Positions 8,492-17,335 of a stretch of 64,000 bases of DNA are shown here, piece after piece. The notes under the pieces were generated by a model, which did no database searches, had not been told where the DNA came from, and was given only the letters and a program-made list of their open reading frames with translations. A program made the position numbers and the translations under genes. Every line of letters begins with the position of its first letter. The stretch's first letter is position 1. Source of the DNA: Candidatus Limnocylindrales bacterium (GTDB taxonomy: Bacteria; Moduliflexota; Moduliflexia; Moduliflexales; JAUQPW01); the NCBI GenBank assembly GCA_035559535.1, contig DATMBG010000042.1, forward strand, positions 62,001 through 126,000. The letters are read 5' to 3'.

Positions 8492-10690
8492 ATGAATCTT
8501 AGGTCTGGCTTCCTCCCAGGAAGGAAACTACGTGGTTTTAGGTCACCGCATAGCTGGATTTTAGACTGGATTCTGTTGTTTATCTTCCTGTTCTTCCCTC
8601 CCACTCCCCTCTTTGCCGGGGAGGAAGGGAAAGATGCCATCCCCCTTTTAATCCACCATCTAGAAGTTCGTCTGACTCCTGAGGATCACAGGCTTCAGGT
8701 CCAGGATACTCTTCAAGTCCGCATGAATTCCGGCTTGATAAACTCAGATCAAGGGATCCTCTCTTTTTTTATGAATGGGGCGCTGAAAATCCTGGAAATT
8801 TATCCAGAGAAGTCAGATCAAACCCTCACCTGGCATAGTTTTCCAAGGGATCATAGATCTCAGGAGATTCGATTGCAGATCCCTGCAGAGGCAAGAGAAA
8901 CCTTTTCCTTTACCCTTCGTTACGAAGGAATCATCTATGACCCGATTCAGAAATCTCAGGATCTGAGCTTTATTACGGGAGACGAAACCACCGGATTAAT
9001 CGGAGAAGAAGGAGTTTATTTATCGGAAGATACCCACTGGTATCCGGAAATACCCAAATCTTTATCTCTTTTTAACCTTGTGGTCACCATTCCGGAGCCC
9101 TGGGTTGTTGTTACCCAGGGAGAGTTAATCGCACGAGAGACCAGAGAAGGTTTATCTAAAAGTCAATGGCGATCTGAGATTCCTGCAGAAGCCCTTACCC
9201 TGGTTGCCGGGAAGTATCGGGTTCAGACCCGGAATTGGAATGGGGTGGTCATGTCGGCTTATTTTTCTCCGGAAAATGAATCTCTGGCCGACAAATTCCT
9301 TGGGGCCGCCGGAGAGTATATTCAGTTGTATTCTCAAATCCTGGGCCCCTATCCCTACAAAAAGTTCGATATAGTGGAGAATTTCTTTTCCAGCGGATAT
9401 GGATTCCCCTCATTTACCCTGTTGGGAAAAGAAGTCATCCGACAAGGAGAACGGGCTTTGCAACCCGGTTATCTGGACCATGAGATCGTCCACTCCTGGC
9501 TGGGGAATTACGTATTCTACGATCCGGATAAAGGAAATTGGGTAGAGGCTTTGACTACCTATTGTGCCAATTATTACTATAAGGAGCTTAAACAAGGTGA
9601 AGAAGCAGCCTTTAGGTACCGAAAGAGGGCCAGCCAACAGTACAGTATACGGGTTACCCCGGAGAAAGAGTATCCAGTTCGGGCCTTCAAAGGAAAAACC
9701 GAAGATTACGAAAATGACATCGGCTATACCAAAGGATCTATGATCTTCCATCAACTCCGTCGATGGATAGGAGATGATTCTTTTTTTCTGGGCTTAAAGG
9801 AAATCATCCGACGATATGGTGGACACCGGGCCGACTGGGAAGATTTGCAAAAAGTTTTTGAAGAGATTTCCCACCAACCGCTGGATTGGTTCTTTCGCCA
9901 ATGGTTAGATTTAAAGGGAGGTCCCGAACTGAAATTGGAAGATGTAAAATTAGAAGCCCTTCCCAAAGGCTATCGGATTACGGGTCAGGTGGTTCAACGC
10001 GGAGATGTTTACCGACTTCGACTTCCCATCCAGCTTCGTTTCGAAGAGGAAAGAAGAATTTTGCATCTGGATCTTACCGAGCGGGAGACTCCCTTTATCT
10101 ATACGGTGGATCGGGCTCCCCTTGCTTTAATCCTGGATCCTGAATACCATGTTTTTCGTAAGATAGCTCCAGAAACTTTGATCCCCTGCCTCAATGCCCT
10201 TTTAGAAGATAAAGATAAACTTTTGATCTATCCGACCCAAGGAACAGCCGATGAAATCACTATTTATCGAGGTTTGGCAGAAATGGTCGCGACCCGAAAG
10301 GGGGGGAAAGTTCTGGCGGATACCACTCTAACCGGAGATTTATTGACCCAAAACTCTCTCTTTATCCTGGGTGATGCCCGGAAATCAGCCCCTGTCAAGG
10401 AATGGCTGACTCATCTTCCAGAAGGTTTTGAGCTAAAAGAAGATGCCTTCAGGCTGGGAGGTAAGGAATATAAAGGAGAAGAAATGGCCCTCCTGATAAC
10501 CTGGCGCAATCCAAAAAATCCGATGAAATATCTGACCCTCTATTTTGGATTAGCCCCCGGTGCCCTTTCCCGGGCTCGATATCTGTTCTATTACGGTTGG
10601 GATAGTTACATAATTTTTGAGAAGGGCTACCCCATTCAACGGGATGATTGGCCGGAAGAGTCTCCCAATACCGTCTATTATTTCCGATAA
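8492..10690 (+). CDS. Exported M1-family zinc aminopeptidase (start uncertain; ORF open from 8396)
   Basis: HEIVH plus downstream WVEAL Glu; YTKG catalytic Tyr; hydrophobic N-terminal signal. Confidence 0.88.
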   Translation: MNLRSGFLPGRKLRGFRSPHSWILDWILLFIFLFFPPTPLFAGEEGKDAIPLLIHHLEVRLTPEDHRLQVQDTLQVRMNSGLINSDQGILSFFMNGALKILEIYPEKSDQTLTWHSFPRDHRSQEIRLQIPAEARETFSFTLRYEGIIYDPIQKSQDLSFITGDETTGLIGEEGVYLSEDTHWYPEIPKSLSLFNLVVTIPEPWVVVTQGELIARETREGLSKSQWRSEIPAEALTLVAGKYRVQTRNWNGVVMSAYFSPENESLADKFLGAAGEYIQLYSQILGPYPYKKFDIVENFFSSGYGFPSFTLLGKEVIRQGERALQPGYLDHEIVHSWLGNYVFYDPDKGNWVEALTTYCANYYYKELKQGEEAAFRYRKRASQQYSIRVTPEKEYPVRAFKGKTEDYENDIGYTKGSMIFHQLRRWIGDDSFFLGLKEIIRRYGGHRADWEDLQKVFEEISHQPLDWFFRQWLDLKGGPELKLEDVKLEALPKGYRITGQVVQRGDVYRLRLPIQLRFEEERRILHLDLTERETPFIYTVDRAPLALILDPEYHVFRKIAPETLIPCLNALLEDKDKLLIYPTQGTADEITIYRGLAEMVATRKGGKVLADTTLTGDLLTQNSLFILGDARKSAPVKEWLTHLPEGFELKEDAFRLGGKEYKGEEMALLITWRNPKNPMKYLTLYFGLAPGALSRARYLFYYGWDSYIIFEKGYPIQRDDWPEESPNTVYYFR

Positions 10691-10698
10691 CCGGACAA

Positions 10699-10719
10699 AG
10701 GCGCCTTAAGCTGGCGCCT
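10699..10719. terminator. Possible hairpin between convergent peptidase and mreB genes
   Basis: aggcgcc-ttaagct-ggcgcct; U-tract is weak. Confidence 0.3.
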
Positions 10720-10822
10720 GTGGAGAATGAGTGAAGGAGAACTCATGGCCGATTTCAATGGGGAATCCGTATCAGGACCCCCTGAAAGGTAAAGGAATAG
10801 TGAATTTTTCCCGGGGAAGAGG

Positions 10823-11845
10823 TTAGCCCACGGATATTCGACTCAATAAGTCCATATTATCCAAAACCTTGCCGGTTCCAAGAGCTACAGAGGTCAGAGG
10901 ATCCTCGGCCAGGATAATGGGTAAACCGGTTTCTTCCTGAAGTTGGATATCCAGGTTTCGAAGTAGGGAACCCCCTCCGGTTAATACGATCCCTTTGTCA
11001 ATAATGTCTGCGGATAATTCGGGAGGGATATGCTCCAGGGTTGTTTTCACAGCTTCCACAATAGCCAGTACCGTCTCACTGAGTGCATCTCGGATCTCTT
11101 CACTTGAAAGGGTCAGGGTCTTGGGAATCCCTTCTATCAAATCTCGACCTCTAATTTTTGTAATTTCTTCTTTGTCCAGGGGATAAGCAGAACCCCAGGT
11201 CATTTTAATATACTCCGCCGTTCTTCCTCCAATGAGTAAACTGTGCTTTTTCTTAATATATTGAATAATCGCTTCATCCATTTCATCCCCGGCCACACGA
11301 ATGGAACAGCTATGAACAATCCCTGCCATGGAAATAACCGCTACTTCTGTGGTCCCGCCTCCAATGTCCACAATCATATTCCCAGAAGGTTCTTCTATAG
11401 GTAAACCTACCCCCATAGCCGCAGCCATAGGCTCTTCAATCAGATAAACTTCGCTGGCCCCGACCTGAAGAATCGAGTCTTTTACGGCTTTTTTTTCGAC
11501 TTCTGTAATTCCCGATGGAACTGCTACCACAATCCTGGGATGAATAAAGAAGTATTTTCGGTTGTAAACTTTTCTAATGAAGTAATCCAACATTTGTTGG
11601 GTAATTCTAAAATCCGAGATAACCCCGTCTTTTAAGGGTCGAATAACACTGACAGATCCCGGAACCTTACCCAGCATTTCTTTAGCTTCCTTACCAACCG
11701 CCAGGATTTTATTGGTCTTAAGATCAACCGCCACCACGGAGGGTTCATTGACCACAATGCCCCGTCCCTTCATATAAATCAACGTATTGGCTGTACCTAG
11801 ATCAATGGCCAGGTCTTTAGAAAACCAACTTAAAGGTGGAATCAT
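10823..11845 (-). CDS. mreB: Rod shape-determining actin-like protein MreB/Mbl
   Basis: AIDLGTANT, IEEPMAAA, VDIGGGTTEVA, LTGGGSLL. Confidence 0.96.
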   Translation of the reverse strand: MIPPLSWFSKDLAIDLGTANTLIYMKGRGIVVNEPSVVAVDLKTNKILAVGKEAKEMLGKVPGSVSVIRPLKDGVISDFRITQQMLDYFIRKVYNRKYFFIHPRIVVAVPSGITEVEKKAVKDSILQVGASEVYLIEEPMAAAMGVGLPIEEPSGNMIVDIGGGTTEVAVISMAGIVHSCSIRVAGDEMDEAIIQYIKKKHSLLIGGRTAEYIKMTWGSAYPLDKEEITKIRGRDLIEGIPKTLTLSSEEIRDALSETVLAIVEAVKTTLEHIPPELSADIIDKGIVLTGGGSLLRNLDIQLQEETGLPIILAEDPLTSVALGTGKVLDNMDLLSRISVG

Positions 11846-11984
11846 AAAGAATTCTCCTACAAAAAAGCCGATAGCAAATGCCTCCCAGAGATTTGCTATG
11901 ACGACTCCTTCTCATACCCTCTAAAATCATCGGTATCCCTTTACCCTACCCTCTCACCCCACTTCCCGGCTCCTTGCTGGGGTA

Positions 11985-12110
11985 GGTCTTTTAGACCTAA
12001 CCCCCTCCGACTCTCCTTCCCTGGGAGGGAAAGAAAGAGTTGGGAGGAAAGGCCATCCCCGAGTTCCCCTTCCCCGCGTTGGGAAGAGGTTAGGGGGTCA
12101 GGTGAGAAAA
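11985..12110. repeat. C-run/G-run palindromic REP-like element; similar elements near 6140-6175, 19250-19337, 20849-20921, 22398-22445, 35363-35470, 55425-55495 and 60385-60527
   Basis: Hairpins such as ccttccctgggagggaa, cccttccccgcgttgggaagagg and ctccccgtggacggggag. Confidence 0.65.
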
Positions 12111-12217
12111 AACTACCCTCGAAAGCCTTCTGACTCCTCTCCGGAGACTTCAGAAAAGAAGGAGAGGCGACAGAGAAGGAAGAATAAGGACTCTGTTCCG
12201 AAAATGGCTCTTTTTAT

Positions 12218-12664
12218 TTAACCCTGTTTCCGGCATTTTTGTAAGTGAGCCAATAATTCTTGCAAGATGAGAGGGGCTACAGGCTTTGTAAAGTGATAAT
12301 CAAATCCTGCTTCCTGAGCTCGACGCCGATCTTCCTCCTGCCCATACCCCGTCACAGCTACCCGTACCGTCTTAGACAATTGGGTATCTTGTCGAAGCCA
12401 TCGAGCGATTTGATAGCCATCCATTCCCGGTAAATCAATATCCAACAGGACAACTTCGGGTAGATAACTCAGGGCTACCTTCGTGGCTTCTAAACCATCA
12501 TGGACTACCCGGACCTCATAGCCCCACAACTCCAATAAATCCCCCAGGGCGGTTGCGATATCTACATCATCCTCCACCACCAGTACACGGAAACGTTTCG
12601 CAGTGACCCTGGCTTCCTTTTCATTGAGGAGAATCTCTTTTTCGGTAGTTTCTTTTACCATCAT
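12218..12664 (-). CDS. Stand-alone response regulator receiver (CheY-like)
   Basis: VLVVEDD, LLDIDLPGMDG, VTG, FTKP; AAAGGAG RBS before ATG 12664. Confidence 0.9.
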   Translation of the reverse strand: MMVKETTEKEILLNEKEARVTAKRFRVLVVEDDVDIATALGDLLELWGYEVRVVHDGLEATKVALSYLPEVVLLDIDLPGMDGYQIARWLRQDTQLSKTVRVAVTGYGQEEDRRRAQEAGFDYHFTKPVAPLILQELLAHLQKCRKQG

Positions 12665-12785
12665 AACCGGATCTCCTTTTCTATACCGGTGTCCCAAGCT
12701 GTCTGGGACCATCGTATAGAACCTCCTATTTTCAGGCCGGTACACCCCTTCTTCGGGTTTTTCTGTTCTAATTAACGTATGTTAC

Positions 12786-12813
12786 TCTATAGCATAAACT
12801 TATTTTATGTCAA
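12786..12813 (-). promoter_or_regulatory. Putative sigma70 promoter of the receiver gene
   Basis: TTGACA-16 bp-TATAGA with TG extension, minus strand. Confidence 0.45.
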
Positions 12814-12896
12814 TATAAAAGTTAATCTTATTGAGGAAATCGGAATCAGAATTGAAAGTCTTGTCTGGCCAAATTCGGCCAGACAAGGCCTCCTAT

Positions 12897-13844
12897 TTAG
12901 GCCGGGATTTCTTCCCTGGAGGGAAAGCCATGTTGGATTCTTCCGATGGGACCCTCATGCACCAGGGTGGTCTTATAGAGTTCCAGATGACCATCGGCTG
13001 CATAAAGCCGACAGCGTGCCCGAACAGCCTCCATCTCCTCCGGGGTCATCGGCTTGAAACCACAAGCAATTTGCAGATTCTGGTGAAGTATTTCCAAAGA
13101 ATTTATACCGCTGACCGTGGTGGCAACGGGAAGACTCATGGCATAGCGGAGCGCTTCGGCAACCGAAATGATTTTTTTGACCGCCGGTACGGTAAGTCGC
13201 CCGGTAAGGCTTTTCATACCAATGGCTCCGATACCCCGTCGATTGAGTTCCGGCAAAACCTGCTGTTCAAAACTACGAAAAGTTGCATCGAAACAATTAA
13301 GCGGGAGCTGACAGGTATCGAAAGGATAATTGTAGGAGAGCATTTTCAAATGGATGGCAGGATTTTTATGGCCTGTAAAGCCGACAAAACGAACTTTACC
13401 TTCACGTTTAGCCTGATCGAGGGCTTCGATGACCCCATCCCGAGCGAAATGCAGTTCCGGATCATTTTCATAAACAACCTCATGGATCTGCCACAGATCC
13501 AGATAATCCGTTCGGAGTCGGCGTAAAGATTGTTCCAGTTGCTGCAGGGCCGTTTTACGATCCCGTCCATGGGTACACACTTTGGTCATCAGAAAAACTT
13601 TATCCCGACGGCCCTGCAGACCTTTACCCATCCATTCTTCACTGCGACCGTCGTTATACTCCCAGGCATTATCCATGAAGGTTACTCCCATATCGACCGC
13701 TTCCTGGACGATACGGATAGCTTCTTCTTCGCTCTTTGCGATGCCCAGATGGAAACCCCCTAATCCCAAGGCTGAAACTTGAATCCCTGTCTTTCCTAAA
13801 GGTCGGCGAGGAATCTCACCGGAAAGTTTATAAGAACCGGTCAT
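12897..13844 (-). CDS. Aldo/keto reductase
   Basis: LGKTGIQVSALGLGG, DNAWEY, MTK, SLRRLRTDYLDLWQIH. Confidence 0.93.
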   Translation of the reverse strand: MTGSYKLSGEIPRRPLGKTGIQVSALGLGGFHLGIAKSEEEAIRIVQEAVDMGVTFMDNAWEYNDGRSEEWMGKGLQGRRDKVFLMTKVCTHGRDRKTALQQLEQSLRRLRTDYLDLWQIHEVVYENDPELHFARDGVIEALDQAKREGKVRFVGFTGHKNPAIHLKMLSYNYPFDTCQLPLNCFDATFRSFEQQVLPELNRRGIGAIGMKSLTGRLTVPAVKKIISVAEALRYAMSLPVATTVSGINSLEILHQNLQIACGFKPMTPEEMEAVRARCRLYAADGHLELYKTTLVHEGPIGRIQHGFPSREEIPA

Positions 13845-13954
13845 AGGATCATTCTCCTTAATTTTAAGGGTTGAGTTCGAACCATTCGATGCGCCTTAAG
13901 CAACCTTTACCTCTATCTTCCCAGGAAAGTCAAGAATTTTATACAGATTTTCTA

Positions 13955-15121
13955 TCAGAGACGCCTGGAACGTCCGATGACTTTCCGAAGGGGAATTAAA
14001 ATCCATCGACCGTAGCCGGCGAGGCAGGAAAAAACGCCCAGAAGAGGAACAAGAAACCAGGTACGAAGCGGGGTATATTCTTCGTAGGTGTCGTAACGGA
14101 CTATTTTTCGTTGGGAAAGTATGATGGATTTCAAACTTGTGTAGAAGGTGGAACTCTCTTCCACGTAGTAATATGAACCTCCTCCGGCTACCGCCATCCG
14201 ACGCAGGATCTCTTCATCCAATGAGGAAGTTTGGATAGAACTGGTAGGGTCGTCGGGGTTTGTTCGGTAGTAACTCACCACACGTCCCTTCTCATCCTGG
14301 GTCTTTACCAATAGCACCTCCTCGGCATGACGTACACCCAGGGCGTCTTCTTTTATTTTTCCTATTCCGACCGTATAGAGGAGAATACGAGGATTCTTGG
14401 TATGAAGGTCATTTATTCTGCGAATCGCTTCGAGGCGATTTTGCTCCGAACCCCCTTCCTTGCCCCCATCGGAGATTAAAATCCCCACATCCGTGGTATC
14501 GGAATCCGCAGGAAATCGCGAAAGAAGATCTTCCCACGCGACGATTGCGGCCTGAAGGCTTGTACCCGGTACATCGATGGTATTTTCGTCTACGGCCTGA
14601 ATATAGGAGGTAATTTCGTAAGGACTCGTTGAGAAAAGAAAGGAGGTTGGAAATGCCGCACCGGCAAAGGGGATAACGGCCACCTGATAATTGCCACCGA
14701 TTTCCTCATTGCTCCAGAGGAAATCCACCAGATCTTGAAGGGTTTTTTTGGCAACGGCAAGACGACTTGGCTCCAGATCCCGTGCATAAGCCATGGACAG
14801 GGAGGTATCCAGGAGAAAGGTGATACGGATGCCGGTAAAAACAGGTTTCTCCTGAATCTTTTTTTTCATGGGTTCGGCAAGGACCATCAGGAAGAGCAGA
14901 TAGACTATACAGTATAAGATCCATCGGGTAACGACAACCCTTCTCTTCGGGAGGGTGGAACCTCTGAGATGCATCTGGATCCAGGGGTCTGCTAATACCT
15001 GCTCACGCTTCCGGTACGCGTACCAGGCACCCAGAAGAATCAAGGGGATCAGTATACTTCCCCACAGCCATTCAGGTTTTTGGAATATCACGCTCCAGGG
15101 CCCTTTTTCCCCGTCCTCCAA
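13955..15121 (-). CDS. Membrane-anchored vWA protein (MxaL/BatB-like); start may be GTG 15091
   Basis: FQKPEWLW N-terminus with two TM segments; MIDAS DTSLS...GTS...ISDG; DLEPSRLAVAK; LDEEILRRMAVAGGGSY; C-terminal TM. Confidence 0.85.
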   Translation of the reverse strand: MEDGEKGPWSVIFQKPEWLWGSILIPLILLGAWYAYRKREQVLADPWIQMHLRGSTLPKRRVVVTRWILYCIVYLLFLMVLAEPMKKKIQEKPVFTGIRITFLLDTSLSMAYARDLEPSRLAVAKKTLQDLVDFLWSNEEIGGNYQVAVIPFAGAAFPTSFLFSTSPYEITSYIQAVDENTIDVPGTSLQAAIVAWEDLLSRFPADSDTTDVGILISDGGKEGGSEQNRLEAIRRINDLHTKNPRILLYTVGIGKIKEDALGVRHAEEVLLVKTQDEKGRVVSYYRTNPDDPTSSIQTSSLDEEILRRMAVAGGGSYYYVEESSTFYTSLKSIILSQRKIVRYDTYEEYTPLRTWFLVPLLGVFSCLAGYGRWILIPLRKVIGRSRRL

Positions 15122-15154
15122 CCCCGGGAAGGGGGAAAGGAAGCAAGAATTCGA

Positions 15155-15934
15155 TTAATGGGTTCTTCCGGCAGGTACATCATTCATCTGGATTTTCTCA
15201 TTGGGGCGTTGAGGCAACATTTTCAGGATGATCTGTCGTTGTTGCGTGCTATCTCCTGTGAGGGAACCGGCTTTCTCCAAAGCCTTTTGGTTTTGTTCCA
15301 AGAGTTCAAGGGCCGTCTGGGCATTGCGATCTTTTGGTAGGTAAGCGAGGACTTTCTTGAGTTTGCTCCGCGCAACTTCGGTGAAATCGGAGAGTTTGGT
15401 GGCATCCTCTCCGGCAAAGATAGATCTTTCCACAGCAAATAAGGCAAACCGGTACAACCACTGCGCGGTTAAGATGGGATCATCGAAAGTTTCAGGAAGA
15501 AGCGCTACAACCCCATCTGCTTTTGTTGCCATGTCCATGGCCTCATTTAAATATCTCTTGGCCTCGGGGTGATTTTTGCTGTAAAGGAGGAATTGTTGTG
15601 CTCTGGCGACCTTTTTTTCCATTTGGAGCATGTAGCTTTCTGCAAGTTTTGCCATAAGCAGATTCTTGATACGAGCCTGTTCTTTCTCCTCTATCACCCT
15701 AGAGAGTTTGGGGAATTGATCTTTCAGGATCGCTTCCCAGGCTTCAGGAGAAGAAGCTTTTTTCATCTCGTCATTTATTTCACGGATTAAGGCCTCTATT
15801 TCCTTTTGTTCCTCGACCACACGCCTTTGATATAAGGCTTCTTCACGGGCACGTTTCTGCATCGCCTGTTTTATCCAAAAGCCCTCGCCGAGAAAAAGTA
15901 TTGTAAGAATGGTATAGATTATTAACCGTCCCAT
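15155..15934 (-). CDS. Helical/TPR-like protein with N-terminal anchor (MxaK/BatC-like)
   Basis: N-terminal TM, helical character, PKDRNAQTALELL resembling the P.D..A..NLE motif; lies between two vWA genes. Confidence 0.55.
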   Translation of the reverse strand: MGRLIIYTILTILFLGEGFWIKQAMQKRAREEALYQRRVVEEQKEIEALIREINDEMKKASSPEAWEAILKDQFPKLSRVIEEKEQARIKNLLMAKLAESYMLQMEKKVARAQQFLLYSKNHPEAKRYLNEAMDMATKADGVVALLPETFDDPILTAQWLYRFALFAVERSIFAGEDATKLSDFTEVARSKLKKVLAYLPKDRNAQTALELLEQNQKALEKAGSLTGDSTQQRQIILKMLPQRPNEKIQMNDVPAGRTH

Positions 15935-16027
15935 AAAAGGATTGTAATCCTGGGTCAGAAGTCCGGAGCCAGAACTTTCTCTTTCTTTGCTTTGATTTCC
16001 GGCTTTTGACCTCCGGCTATAAGGCTG

Positions 16028-17317
16028 TTATATCTCTCCGGTAAGTGAACGGGCAAAGGTATATTCTGCAATCCCCCAGCAGAGAAAAAAGACGAACCCT
16101 GCCAATATAAACCATCGACTATACGAAGCACGTTTTGGGATTTGTATAGTGGTGAAGTGATTGAGATGTTTTTCAAAAATTTCCTTTACTGCCTGTTCCA
16201 TATTAACCAAGGGGTCGTCCTTTCGTACCAGAAGGAAATCCCCGCCGGTTTCTTGCGCTGCCAATTTAAGTTGGACAAGAAAATTTTCGATGGAGATAAA
16301 ATAAATGGGAAGCTTTAAATAAGCCGCAAACTCCAATAATTTCCAGAGAGAGGGATCCCGGGTTTCGAAAGACTTCAGGTCGTCATAGACTGCGTCAGTA
16401 AAAATCAAGATGGTCCATTCCTGGATTTTCGGTTGGATAGAACTCATTTTTTTGCTAAGTTCAGGAGGAAGTACAAAGTGTCCGCTTTGAGGTCGCAAAG
16501 CTTTCCTGAGGAGATTCATTTCATCTTCTGTAAAAATAGATTCCCTGGCTACCCTTAGGGCCTGTTCTAAGCCTGTGGAAGGGACGAACGCGGAGCCTGT
16601 AGGAGGAAGAAGTGTTGGATTGGTCGACGGGGTATTTGGCTCTGAGGCATAGCGAAAGATGAGGTTTGAAAGGGCTGCATAGAAAGCGATATGAATGTTG
16701 GTGTCTCCTCCCAGAATCACCGGACTCCACTCGAAACGCTCGACCTGATCTCGGAGCCTTCGGTAATCGGTACTTGGAAAAAGAATCACGGCAGGGTCTC
16801 GGGCAAAGGCCATAAGGGAGATAAGCGGTTTCTTTTTTTGATAGGGAGAGAGGGCTGCTGCTTCGGTCATATCCACGAATTTCTTAAGGGCACGGCACAT
16901 CCCTTTCATTCTTGGATATAGCTCGATTTCCTCTTCAGCCAGGCAGGTAATGGGTTTTACTCCGGGATAGACATTCAGGGTCTTGCGCTCAAACATGGAA
17001 CCTGAGGAATCCACCAGCAGGAGTATGTTGGGAGTTTCCAGTTTTTCTTCAGTCCAGAAATAGCCATGGGTAATCTCCGCAAGGGCCAGGATCACCGATA
17101 GGTAGGTCAGGGTCTTAAAAACCGTTGGAAGTACGAAGTGGATCCGACTTTGCCATTGCCTGAGTCGTTCACGGAAGGTCAGGTACTCCGGCTTTACATG
17201 GAGGTGTGCTTTTTGAAGCGCATAACGACGTACCCTGAAGAGGAATTCAACCAAAACAACAGGTAAGAGTAATAACCATTCAGGGTGTGAGGCTTCATAT
17301 CCAAATATTTCAAACAT
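16028..17317 (-). CDS. Membrane-anchored vWA protein (MxaC/BatA-like)
   Basis: HPEWLLLLP N-terminus; MIDAS DSSGS...GDT...FTD; LAAQETGGDF; C-terminal TM. Confidence 0.85.
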   Translation of the reverse strand: MFEIFGYEASHPEWLLLLPVVLVEFLFRVRRYALQKAHLHVKPEYLTFRERLRQWQSRIHFVLPTVFKTLTYLSVILALAEITHGYFWTEEKLETPNILLLVDSSGSMFERKTLNVYPGVKPITCLAEEEIELYPRMKGMCRALKKFVDMTEAAALSPYQKKKPLISLMAFARDPAVILFPSTDYRRLRDQVERFEWSPVILGGDTNIHIAFYAALSNLIFRYASEPNTPSTNPTLLPPTGSAFVPSTGLEQALRVARESIFTEDEMNLLRKALRPQSGHFVLPPELSKKMSSIQPKIQEWTILIFTDAVYDDLKSFETRDPSLWKLLEFAAYLKLPIYFISIENFLVQLKLAAQETGGDFLLVRKDDPLVNMEQAVKEIFEKHLNHFTTIQIPKRASYSRWFILAGFVFFLCWGIAEYTFARSLTGEI

Positions 17318-17335
17318 GGCTGGCTTCCTTCAAAC

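Noticed and set aside
12831-13526. 231-aa plus-strand ORF and other long antisense ORFs
   Set aside because: Shadow frames of well-supported genes on the opposite strand
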